Below are positions 17,764 to 25,761 of a stretch of 64,000 nt of DNA, one piece after another; position 1 is the first letter of the stretch; the number at the start of each line of letters is the position of its first letter. Source of the stretch: a virus; the IMG/VR virus record IMGVR_UViG_2700989538_000002; one strand, given 5' to 3'. The translations under genes and the position numbers were made by a program. The notes below the pieces were generated by a model that was not told the origin of the DNA, did not search any database, and saw only the letters and a program-made list of their open reading frames with translations.

Positions 17764-18732
17764 TCAGGCGACCAGTTGCAGCGCCGCGTCCAAGGCACGT
17801 TGCTTGACCTGTGCGCCCTGGCCGAACCAGGCCGAGTCCAGGCGGTATTCCGTGCTGCGGGCGCGGCGCTCGTGGTCGACGTACTCGGTCACGGCGTTGA
17901 GCAGGCCCCAGGCAGAGCCGCGTGCCGAATCCAACTGGCTGCCCCGGCCACGGCCCTCGTACAGCTCCTGCACCCGACGCAGCGCTCGCTCGTTCGGCAG
18001 TTGCTCCGGCAGTTGCCCGGTCGGATGGGTATCGCACATCACGTTCATGAAGAATCCCAGCGCCTCGTGCCACTGCACCTTGCGCTCGGCCAGTGCGCGC
18101 ATTCGGTACATGAAGTCATCCCATTGCGAAGCGGCAATGCCGAGCTGCTTCTTCACTGCCTTCGGATCGAAGCGGGTGTTGTGCGGCACCTTGATCGCCC
18201 GGCTGGTGCCGTTCAGGGCCACGGTCAGGGTGTTGTTGCACACCACCCGTACAGTGGTCGGCGTCGCCGTGGTGGCCAGGGTGCCGTCGCAGGACGTGGC
18301 CAGCAGCAGATAGCCGTTGACCTGGTCGTTACCTTTCAGAGCTGCGCCTTGTCCGGTACGCGCCAGCGCCCAGAACTTGCGCCCGCCCTTGAGCACGCCA
18401 GCGGTTTCCAGCTCGTAGCCGGAGACCTCGGTGAGATCTCGGTAGAACTCCAGCACTTCCCGCGGTTGCACCGTGTGATAGCGCTGGGAGACCACCGACA
18501 GCGGCGCCTTGGTGTCGGAGCGATACAGCACCTTCTGCTCGGGAAAGGAATGGATGGTGCCCAGGTGGCCGACGGCATCCGATTTGAAGTGCACGGGGCT
18601 TTCCAGGATCTGCCAGTCCATGCCGGCTTCATGCTGCCAGACGTCGATGGGCTGCTTTTGCGTGAGCTGATTGCCCAGGCCATGCCAGGGAGCGGCGCCA
18701 GCGTAGGCCATGGTTTCGATGAGATGAGCCAT
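17764..18732 (-). CDS. DUF932 (TIGR03299 phage/plasmid-like) protein
   Basis: MAHLIETMAYAGAAPWHGLGN...GYLLLATSCDGTLATTA resembles the DUF932 family found next to radC in ICEs. ATG at 18730-18732. Confidence 0.6.
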   Translation of the reverse strand: MAHLIETMAYAGAAPWHGLGNQLTQKQPIDVWQHEAGMDWQILESPVHFKSDAVGHLGTIHSFPEQKVLYRSDTKAPLSVVSQRYHTVQPREVLEFYRDLTEVSGYELETAGVLKGGRKFWALARTGQGAALKGNDQVNGYLLLATSCDGTLATTATPTTVRVVCNNTLTVALNGTSRAIKVPHNTRFDPKAVKKQLGIAASQWDDFMYRMRALAERKVQWHEALGFFMNVMCDTHPTGQLPEQLPNERALRRVQELYEGRGRGSQLDSARGSAWGLLNAVTEYVDHERRARSTEYRLDSAWFGQGAQVKQRALDAALQLVA

Positions 18733-18835
18733 AGTTGCGATTCCTTTGGGTGCAAGCCGGCATAAAGCGCTGCGCGAGGCGCAGCACCGACCGGATGGAT
18801 GAAATGAGAGGAGAGGAGAGGAGAGAGGAGCCGGA

Positions 18836-19165
18836 TCAGACCGGCAGGTTGAAGCGATAACCGCAGAGCAGGCAGAGGTTGTGGGCCAGGACATGACGGT
18901 CGAGCGACTCACCGAGCTGTGCGCCCAGCGCACAGCCACCAACCCCACCGGCCAGGCCGCCGAGGATGGCGCCCGATACGGAACCTAGGGTGATGCCGAC
19001 AGGGCCGGCGAACGCGCCGATAGCTGCGCCAGCCTGGCCACCTGCCAGGGCAACGCTGACGCCACGCGCAACACCGCCCACGGTGCCGATGGCGGCACCG
19101 ACTTTCATGGCGTGATGGAAGGAAGCGACTTTGGGGGAGTGACAGCGAGGGCACTGCAATGACAT
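18836..19165 (-). CDS. glycine-zipper membrane protein flanked by CxxC pairs (CPRC...CLLCG)
   Basis: Gly/Ala-rich zipper GGVARGVSVALAGGQAGAAIGAFAGPVGITLGSVSGAILGGLAGGVGG. Confidence 0.35.
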   Translation of the reverse strand: MSLQCPRCHSPKVASFHHAMKVGAAIGTVGGVARGVSVALAGGQAGAAIGAFAGPVGITLGSVSGAILGGLAGGVGGCALGAQLGESLDRHVLAHNLCLLCGYRFNLPV

Positions 19166-19476
19166 GGGGTGAACCTCCTTGGTGCTGATGTCATTGCTGT
19201 TATGTAGGCTTGAGAATTTTTTGAATCGGATGGTTGTGTTTTGAGCAGTTCATTTGGGGGCAAAGAACTTCAGTCGACCCGCTGTGGTCAGTCGCATCAG
19301 GCAAAAGCCGGCTAAAAGCGGACGCTTATGAGATCCAATCAGGTTTTATTAAGACTCACTTCCGTACGTCTGTAGCGCCCAGATTTACAGATCTCAGAAG
19401 GCGTAAAAATGGAGGTTGAGCACGAGTAACCGACCAGAGCGATCACTTGGCGACATTAGGTTCTGCCACATAAATT

Positions 19477-19502
19477 TATGTAGTATCCTACATTAGAAAA
19501 TG
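19477..19502. promoter_or_regulatory. overlapping operator-like palindromes ACATAAATTTATGT and ATGTAG-TATC-CTACAT (three ACAT/ATGT half-sites)
   Basis: Read from the sequence in a 30%-GC stretch 22 bp upstream of the HTH gene 19524..19808. Resembles a controller-protein operator. Confidence 0.4.
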
Positions 19503-19523
19503 TGACCTGATTTTGGCTTTGAG

Positions 19524-19808
19524 ATGCCGTATTCGGATTTCCTTGCAGAGCTTCAGAAGGCAGGCCTGAGTGTTCGTGCGTTTGCCGAACTGATCGGCAT
19601 GAATCCGAACTCACTTTCCAATTATGCACGGTGCGGCGAACTGCCTACCCATATTGCACTGATTGCGGTTCTTGTAGCCGGAATCAGCGAGATGGGAGGC
19701 GACTATCGTCAAATCATGTCAAAGGTCATCCTCACGCCGAAGAGGCCGCGAGGCGGTGCTCGACAGGGACGCTTCGGAGGCGACCCACAGCAGGACATGG
19801 ATTTCTGA
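19524..19808 (+). CDS. small XRE-like HTH protein, candidate R-M controller (C) protein, 94 aa
   Basis: LSVRAFAELIGMNPNSLSNYARCGELPTHIAL HTH. First gene of the methyltransferase/nuclease operon. Confidence 0.5.
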   Translation: MPYSDFLAELQKAGLSVRAFAELIGMNPNSLSNYARCGELPTHIALIAVLVAGISEMGGDYRQIMSKVILTPKRPRGGARQGRFGGDPQQDMDF

Positions 19809-19893
19809 ACCATGACGAATTATCGTCCCAACCAAAAGCCTAGGCTCGTCAAGGCGGCGCACCGGCCCCTAGCCATAACGGTAGGGCAAGCCG

Positions 19894-22800
19894 ATGGCTG
19901 ATCTCATCACCTCGCTTGTCGACTTCGGCGCCGATCCGAGCGCGGTTCGACTGTTCGATACCGATACCCCCGATCTGTTGCCTTACGCGACGCTTTTGGC
20001 TGCGCGTCGTGGCGATAATGGTGTGCTTGGCGCCGTGCGTGCTGTCTACGAATGGCAAGGCGCGCCGCTTATATTCCTAGTGGACGCTGACTCGCTCGCG
20101 GACGACGACCAGTTGCATCGCATACGCCGCCTGCTCGCCATGCGTGGAGACGCACCCTACATGGGTGTAGTCGCGCCGGGACGGCTCAATGTGTATCGCA
20201 TTGAACTCGACAAGTGCTCCCTGCGGCAGGCGCATGTCGAGATGGGCAGCAACGACGATGAAAAGTACGTAACGCTGGCGCGGTTGGGCAATCTGCGCCC
20301 GCGTGCCGCGATCAGCCAGCGCGGCTGGATTTCGAACGTCGTGCTAAATCTGCTTACCGGCTCGATTACACGGCTGATCGAATTGGGCGGCGTGTCGGAC
20401 GAAGATGCCATCTCGCTGGTCGGCCGAGCGTTGTTCACGCGTTTCCTTGCCGATCGCAACCTGTTGCCAGGCGGCATGTCCACACCCGGCACGGCTGCCA
20501 TGCTTTTCGACAACCGGGTAGCAGCCAAAAGCACCTCGAAATGGCTCGACACCACCTTTAATGGCGATCTGCTGCCCCTGTCGGAGGGCATTTTCGATGT
20601 ACTCTCGCAGCAGGCATTCTTGGTGCTGGGAGACGTTCTCAGGCGGGCACCGGACAGCCAGCTTTTTCTTGGCTGGCAAGAGAAGTGGGACAATCTCGAC
20701 TTCGCCCATATCCCCGTAGGCGTCCTGAGCCAGGCCTACGAGCTTTATCTGCGCAATCATGCTCCGGATCGGCAAAAGCGCGAGGGCGGCTTCTACACGC
20801 CACGCCCAATTGCCGACCTGATGGTTCGTGCCTCGTTCCGCGCCCTGGAGCGCAACGGAGCCAGCAAGGACGCCAAGGTGCTTGATCCATCGGCGGGAGC
20901 CGGCGTTTTTCTGCTGACGGCGTTCCGCGAACTGGTGGTCGAGCGCTGGCGCGCAGATGGAGAGCGCCCCAGCACACGAACTCTTAGGTCGATTCTCTAC
21001 CAGCAGATCACCGGTTTCGACATCAACGAGGCCGCGTTACGCTTTGCGGCGCTTGGTCTGTATCTCATGTCGATCGAGCTGGATCCCAACCCGAGGCCCG
21101 TGGATAAGCTCCGTTTCGAGAACCTGCGCGGCAAAGTGCTGCACCGTCTCGAGGTGCAGTCCCCGGAGGACGGCGCTGAACTGGGGAGCCTTGGCCCGCT
21201 GATCGATGAGCGGCATATAGGCAGATATGACCTGGTGATTGGCAATCCACCGTGGTCGAGCGGCACCAAGCTGCGAGATTGGCATCTGGTGCGCAACGCG
21301 GTCGCCCGTATCGCCAGCAATAGGCAAATCTCCAATCCCTCCCCGCCATTGCCAAACGAAGGGCTCGACCTTCCGTTCGTATGGCGCGCCATGGAGTGGG
21401 CGAAAGCCAATGGCCAGATTGCCTTCGCACTGCACGCACGTCTGCTTTTCCAACAGGGCGATGGCATGGTGGAGGCGCGCCAAGCGTTGTTCGAGGCGCT
21501 TGACGTTACCTCGATCATCAATGGCGTCGAACTGCGGCAGACCAAGGTGTGGCCCGAGATCTCGGCGCCATTCTGCCTCCTGCTCGCAACCAACCGGCGG
21601 CCAGGTGTAGGCGCCGGCTTTCGCCTCATCAGCCCCAGGCTGGAGCAGGCATTGAACGATGCAGGCAGCATGCGGATAGATGCGCTGAACGCCGAGCTCG
21701 TGCCGTCCTCACAACTTTTCGAAACGCCCGATATCCTGAAGATACTGTTCCGCGGGACAAAGGCCGATCTGGGCATAGTGGAGCGCATTCGCGCCCAAGG
21801 GCATCCGACGCTCGATGCTTACTGGCGTAGCCGTATTGGCGTGACAGAGCGGGGCCTCTTGCAGGGCAGCGGGAATGGCTATCAGCGGCTCCGGCCAAGC
21901 AGCCGGGTTCGCCGGCAAGGCGATGGCCTGCCGGGGGTGGACGCGAGTTACCTTCACGGCCTTCCGGAGATCAACGCCGAAACCTTCACCGGCCTGTTCA
22001 TCGATGGCGATGGTCTGGGGTCGTTTTCGCAGGCACGTATCCACGACCCCAGGTCCCCCTCTCTGTTCGCCGGCCCCTTGATCATCGTTCACAAATCCCC
22101 TCCTGCCGCGACGGGGCGGATAGGTATTGCAGTGGCGGAAAGGGACGTCGTCTTCAACGAGACCTTCTACGGCTATAGCCCAGGCGCACATCCCGATGCC
22201 GCATCACTGGTCCGCTACCTAGCGCTGATTCTCGGCAGCCAACTGGCGGTGTGGTTGGCGCTAGTTACCAGCGGAGAGTTCGGCTTCGAGCGCGAGGTCA
22301 TCGAGAAATACACCCTTGATCGCATTCCCATTCCCGACTTCGATGCCCTTGAGCCTGTCAGGCGCAAAGAAGTTTTCCAGTTGTTCGAGAGGTTGCGCAT
22401 GGGAGAGGTCTCCTGGCAGGACATCGACGAGTGGGTGGCGCGTCTTTATGGGCTGGGAACACGCGATCTGCAGGTTATTTCCGACACGCTCGCATACAAC
22501 CTGCCCTTTTCTGAAAACAAGCACAGGGCCCAGTCCCTTCCGAGGCCGGAGGAAAAGGCGAGATTCTGTGAAGTACTTGCCAGTGAATTGGCACCTTGGT
22601 GCGAGCGCTTCGGTTCCTCTCTCGTGGTACGACCAGCGTTCCAGCCTGCCGCTTCGCCCTGGCACGGTATCGAATTGCGGGTAGGCAACACCCACGCTAC
22701 CTCGGAGAACGATTGGGAAGGATTGTTGCGCGCCGCCGATGAGATCATGAGTTCGGAAATTCTGATCCGCACCGATGGCAATGGACTACTGATCGGACGG

Positions 22801-22902
22801 CTGGCCCAGCAGCGTTACTGGAGCGAGACGCAGGCGAGGCTGCTTGCACAACGCATCATCTGGTCACACCTGGACATATTGAAAGGATGCATCGAGGTAT
22901 GA
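19894..22902 (+). CDS. large N6-adenine DNA methyltransferase-family protein (HsdM/Eco57I-type N6_Mtase core, gamma-class order), 1002 aa, with unassigned N- and C-terminal regions
   Basis: GGFYTPRPIADLMVRA (N6_Mtase motif X), VLDPSAGAGVFLL (motif I) and LVIGNPPWSS (motif IV, NPPW). About 300 aa before and about 550 aa after the catalytic core. Confidence 0.8.
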   Translation: MADLITSLVDFGADPSAVRLFDTDTPDLLPYATLLAARRGDNGVLGAVRAVYEWQGAPLIFLVDADSLADDDQLHRIRRLLAMRGDAPYMGVVAPGRLNVYRIELDKCSLRQAHVEMGSNDDEKYVTLARLGNLRPRAAISQRGWISNVVLNLLTGSITRLIELGGVSDEDAISLVGRALFTRFLADRNLLPGGMSTPGTAAMLFDNRVAAKSTSKWLDTTFNGDLLPLSEGIFDVLSQQAFLVLGDVLRRAPDSQLFLGWQEKWDNLDFAHIPVGVLSQAYELYLRNHAPDRQKREGGFYTPRPIADLMVRASFRALERNGASKDAKVLDPSAGAGVFLLTAFRELVVERWRADGERPSTRTLRSILYQQITGFDINEAALRFAALGLYLMSIELDPNPRPVDKLRFENLRGKVLHRLEVQSPEDGAELGSLGPLIDERHIGRYDLVIGNPPWSSGTKLRDWHLVRNAVARIASNRQISNPSPPLPNEGLDLPFVWRAMEWAKANGQIAFALHARLLFQQGDGMVEARQALFEALDVTSIINGVELRQTKVWPEISAPFCLLLATNRRPGVGAGFRLISPRLEQALNDAGSMRIDALNAELVPSSQLFETPDILKILFRGTKADLGIVERIRAQGHPTLDAYWRSRIGVTERGLLQGSGNGYQRLRPSSRVRRQGDGLPGVDASYLHGLPEINAETFTGLFIDGDGLGSFSQARIHDPRSPSLFAGPLIIVHKSPPAATGRIGIAVAERDVVFNETFYGYSPGAHPDAASLVRYLALILGSQLAVWLALVTSGEFGFEREVIEKYTLDRIPIPDFDALEPVRRKEVFQLFERLRMGEVSWQDIDEWVARLYGLGTRDLQVISDTLAYNLPFSENKHRAQSLPRPEEKARFCEVLASELAPWCERFGSSLVVRPAFQPAASPWHGIELRVGNTHATSENDWEGLLRAADEIMSSEILIRTDGNGLLIGRLAQQRYWSETQARLLAQRIIWSHLDILKGCIEV

Positions 22903-23612
22903 GCGCTCCGGCTATCCGGCCCCGCCCCGACCAGATCGGCGAACTGACACGCGGCCTGCACCTGCCGCTCCCGGCGGTGGACGCCTTGCATTTGGAGATC
23001 ATCGCCGAAGGGCTATCCCGCGCATTCGCTGATGTTCGCGCACATCACCCGCTGGTGGTGAGCTCGGGTAGTGAGGCAGAAGTGACTAGCTTGATGGAGG
23101 CGCGCCTGAACGCACTGATCGGACAGGATCCCTTCTGGGGCCAGTTGGTGACGTGTGTCGTACGAGGCAAGGAAAGCGTGAGCTTCGACGGTTCGCATAT
23201 CGAGAAGCGGCCTGATCTCTCGATCTATCTGTCTAGTCGGGCACGGAACTTCCCTCTGATCGCCGAAGCGAAGATCATCGACTCCGGTGCATCCAAGACA
23301 GAGGCTTTGTACTGCGACAAAGGCTTGCATCGATTTCTTGCTGGAGAGTATGCCTGGGCGAACCAGGAAGCCTTCATGGTCGCTTATGTGCGCGACGGGT
23401 CGTCGATCAGCGATAGGCTGCTCCCATTTCTGGCAGACGCCATGACTCAGGCGCCTCCCCGTTATGCGGTGGAAGCGCTGCCCACCTCCTACTCAAGCGG
23501 TAAAAGTGATCTGGCGTGGTCTCGACACGCTAGAGGCTTCGTCTACAACCATCAGGCCCCACCCGCCCATCATCCTGGCTCAATTGCTATTTGGCATCTA
23601 TGGCTGTCGTAG
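22899..23612 (+). CDS. PD-(D/E)xK-family nuclease (restriction endonuclease-like), 237 aa, translationally coupled to the methyltransferase
   Basis: EKRPDLSIYLSSRARNFPLIAEAKIID gives PD-x20-E-A-K. ATG overlaps the upstream TGA (ATGA). RBS AAAGGA 11 nt upstream. Confidence 0.55.
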   Translation: MSAPAIRPRPDQIGELTRGLHLPLPAVDALHLEIIAEGLSRAFADVRAHHPLVVSSGSEAEVTSLMEARLNALIGQDPFWGQLVTCVVRGKESVSFDGSHIEKRPDLSIYLSSRARNFPLIAEAKIIDSGASKTEALYCDKGLHRFLAGEYAWANQEAFMVAYVRDGSSISDRLLPFLADAMTQAPPRYAVEALPTSYSSGKSDLAWSRHARGFVYNHQAPPAHHPGSIAIWHLWLS

Positions 23613-23638
23613 TGGGCGGTCGGGCGACGCTCTGTTGG

Positions 23639-24895
23639 TCACCGTATTGAAACGACTTTCCTATCCCGATTTTCCTGGATAGCAGCCACAGACAGGTTGC
23701 CAGTGGCTGCTTCCTGGATATGCTCGCTCCACCAGGTCATCATCGGGCGTCTGCGCTCGATGTAGTCCGCCCGGTTGTAGGCGCTGCGAACCTCATCCTT
23801 GTCGACATGCGCAAGCGCTACCTCGATCAGTTCAGGATCCCAGCCATGCTCGTTGAGGATGGTGCTCGCCATCGAGCGCATGCCGTGGCTGACCAGGCGC
23901 CCTTCGAAACCCATGCGTTTGAGTGCCATGTTGGCGGTCTGGCTGTTGCAGTGAGTGCGAGGGTTCCGGTCTGCGGGGAACACGTACTCTCGGTGTCCGC
24001 TGTACGGCTTGATCGCCTCCAGAAGTGCGAGGGCCTGTTCCGTGAGCGGGACGATATGCGTCCGGCGTTTCTTCATGCGTTCCGCAGGAATCGTCCAGAT
24101 CTTCTTCTCGATGTCGATGTCCGCCCAGCGTGTGGTTGCCGCCTCCGCTGGTCGGGTCATGGTGTGAAGTTGCCATTCGATCAGGCACCGAGTGGTCCTT
24201 TTGATGCTCGCATTGGCGACTGCCACCATGAGCTCTTTCAGCTCATCGGGAGGCAGCGCCGCCATGTTCTTCTTTTTCGGCTTCTTGAAGACGGAGCGGA
24301 TCCCGCTGAGCGGATTCGCGTGAATCAGTCCCGAATTGACCCCGTAGGTCATGATCTCGTTGAGCCGCTGCGTCAGCCGCTTCACGGTCTCAAGGCTGCC
24401 CTTGGTTTCGAGCGGCCGGAGCAGGTTGATGACCTTGGGGGCATTGATGGCGGAGATCGGGGTGCTGCCCAGGTCGGGGAAAACGTGCAGCGTGAGGGAG
24501 CGCCAGATGTCTTCGGCGTAGGCCTGTGTGACCGCATCCTTTTTCAGCTCATACCAGGCCGTCGCCACGTTCTGGAAGGTGTGTTCGGTCGCCGCCTTCT
24601 TGGCCTGTTGCACGGCATCCCGTTTCTCTTTGGGGTCGATCCCGTGGGCGAGGAGTTCCCGTGCTTCAACGGTTCTTTTGCGTGCCTGCGCCAATGAAAC
24701 TTCGGGGAAGGTTCCGAGCCCCATGTTGATCCGGTTCTTCGTCACCGGGTGCCGGTAGTTGAAGTTCCAGAGCTTTGAGCCATTGCTTCTCACTCGCATT
24801 TGAAGGCCGTCACCATCGCTCAGAACGTAGTCTTTCTCTTGAGGCTTGGCGGCTTTGACCTTGAGGTCCGAGAGGCGGGTGGCTTGGGCGCACAT
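23639..24895 (-). CDS. int: P4-type tyrosine integrase with DUF4102 arm-binding N-domain
   Basis: N-terminus LSDLKVKAAKPQEKDYVLSDGDGLQMRVRSNGSKLWNFNYR (DUF4102). C-terminal R...H-x-x-R...Y catalytic region (HGMRSMASTIL...AYNRADY). Lies next to a tmRNA 3' fragment. Confidence 0.85.
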   Translation of the reverse strand: MCAQATRLSDLKVKAAKPQEKDYVLSDGDGLQMRVRSNGSKLWNFNYRHPVTKNRINMGLGTFPEVSLAQARKRTVEARELLAHGIDPKEKRDAVQQAKKAATEHTFQNVATAWYELKKDAVTQAYAEDIWRSLTLHVFPDLGSTPISAINAPKVINLLRPLETKGSLETVKRLTQRLNEIMTYGVNSGLIHANPLSGIRSVFKKPKKKNMAALPPDELKELMVAVANASIKRTTRCLIEWQLHTMTRPAEAATTRWADIDIEKKIWTIPAERMKKRRTHIVPLTEQALALLEAIKPYSGHREYVFPADRNPRTHCNSQTANMALKRMGFEGRLVSHGMRSMASTILNEHGWDPELIEVALAHVDKDEVRSAYNRADYIERRRPMMTWWSEHIQEAATGNLSVAAIQENRDRKVVSIR

Positions 24896-24897
24896 GG

Positions 24898-24967
24898 GGT
24901 ATTCCAGAAGCGGTTTCGGTATTCCAAAAATTACCAGTGGATGGCTTGGAATACCACTTGGAATACC
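24898..24967. repeat. four TGGAATACC sites between the integrase start and the att core: two inverted (24898-24906, 24918-24926) and two direct (24946-24955, 24958-24967)
   Basis: Read from the sequence. Same motif pair as at 908-928. Candidate arm-type integrase or excisionase-binding sites. Confidence 0.5.
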
Positions 24968-25040
24968 GGATTTCGTAGATCCTGCTGGACGCTATCGGAT
25001 CGTGATATCGCTGAAAGCTCCGGAATTACTGGGTTTCAGG

Positions 25041-25069
25041 CACAAAAAAAGACGTCCGAGGACGTCTTT
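25041..25069 (-). terminator. rho-independent terminator (stem GACGTCC/GGACGTC, loop GA, then T7 on the minus strand) 11 nt downstream of the tmRNA 3' end copy
   Basis: Perfect 7-bp GC-rich stem followed by TTTTTTTGTG on the minus strand. Confidence 0.5.
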
Positions 25070-25080
25070 AGATGGTTATT

Positions 25081-25112
25081 TGGTGGAGCCGGGGGGATTT
25101 GAACCCGCATCT
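25081..25112 (-). other. ssrA: tmRNA (ssrA) 3'-terminal fragment and att core: GGTTCAAATCCCCCCGGCTCCACCA (T-arm + acceptor 3' strand + CCA), only about 25 nt
   Basis: Reverse complement of 25081-25105 equals the tRNA-like 3' end of tmRNA, with the CGGCUCC acceptor strand that carries the G3:U70 alanine determinant. No upstream tmRNA body, no tag-peptide coding sequence and no 5' GGGGCCG follow, so this is a duplicated att copy rather than a full gene. Confidence 0.5.
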
Positions 25113-25159
25113 AACCCTGTATTGGTGCGGCTTTCAGGTTCAAGGCTGCCATAAGGCTG

Positions 25160-25702
25160 TCATTCATCCAGAGATTCGTATTCATGCATGGCAGGCTTCC
25201 TGTGTGCCGCGCTCAGATCCCACTGATTCCAGATGTTCCGAAGATAGGTTGAAGTATTCTCCAGATCATCTTGGATGATCATCGGTTCGCCATCAGGGTC
25301 GCCGAAGGCGTAGACATACGCCGGCCAGTAATCGCCGTTCACATTAGAGGCTATATGTGCCCATTCCTTCAGGTATGCCTCTTTGTCGTATACGGCCCAG
25401 AAGGCTTGGTCGACAAGGACGGTCAGCGAACCTTTCCTTTCCCCAATGAACTTGACCGGGCCGAGTAGCCCCCTGAAGTACCCCGCGTTAATCACATCGA
25501 TAATTCGCTCGTCATGGTCCTCATCCCAAATGACAGCGAATTTTTGAATGTTGGCTGAGTGATCGGGGTGCGGAACCATATGTTCATCGCACCATTGAGC
25601 ACAGCTCAATATGGAGTAATGGGTTCCCCTTCCGATATAGCCCGCGGGTTCTGATTGGTCGTAGACGGTAGAGAAATAGGGGGAATAGCTGCGATTTTTC
25701 AT
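25160..25702 (-). CDS. hypothetical moron protein (180 aa) between the att core and the prophage integrase
   Basis: ATG at 25700-25702 with an AAGGA RBS. Lower GC (about 50%) than the flanks. His/Trp-rich sequence with no recognised motif. Confidence 0.45.
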   Translation of the reverse strand: MKNRSYSPYFSTVYDQSEPAGYIGRGTHYSILSCAQWCDEHMVPHPDHSANIQKFAVIWDEDHDERIIDVINAGYFRGLLGPVKFIGERKGSLTVLVDQAFWAVYDKEAYLKEWAHIASNVNGDYWPAYVYAFGDPDGEPMIIQDDLENTSTYLRNIWNQWDLSAAHRKPAMHEYESLDE

Positions 25703-25761
25703 AGTTGGTCCTTTAGTATTTTTCCAATACTGCGTCGCGCCTTTCGGGCGCTGCACGGTCG

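Larger units (their letters stand above)
937..25081. mobile_element. composite CP4-57-like genomic island (P4-type integrase, alpA, yfjJ-family, radC/YqaJ/DUF932 ICE-type module, defence cargo) at a tmRNA 3'-end att site
   Basis: Integrase 23639..24895 lies next to the tmRNA 3' copy. Paired TGGAATACC arm-like repeats sit at both ends. Cargo includes alpA, DUF3296 and three AT-rich blocks. The left boundary is inferred. Confidence 0.5.

Noticed and set aside
19894-22902. BREX PglX or Type I HsdM assignment for the large methyltransferase
   Set aside because: No brxC, pglZ or brxL, and no hsdS or hsdR, anywhere in the island. The partner is a small PD-(D/E)xK protein, so a Type IIG-like or novel system fits better.
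23720-24697. 325-aa plus-strand ORF antisense to the P4-type integrase
   Set aside because: Antisense artefact; the integrase on the minus strand has DUF4102 and the catalytic R-H-R-Y region.
25081-25160. Possible complete tRNA gene on the minus strand (CCA end, TTCAAAT loop)
   Set aside because: Only the 3' 25 nt match a tRNA-like structure. The upstream 50 nt cannot form acceptor, D and anticodon arms, and no tmRNA tag reading frame or 5' GGGGCCG follows. Interpreted as an att duplicate of the ssrA 3' end.
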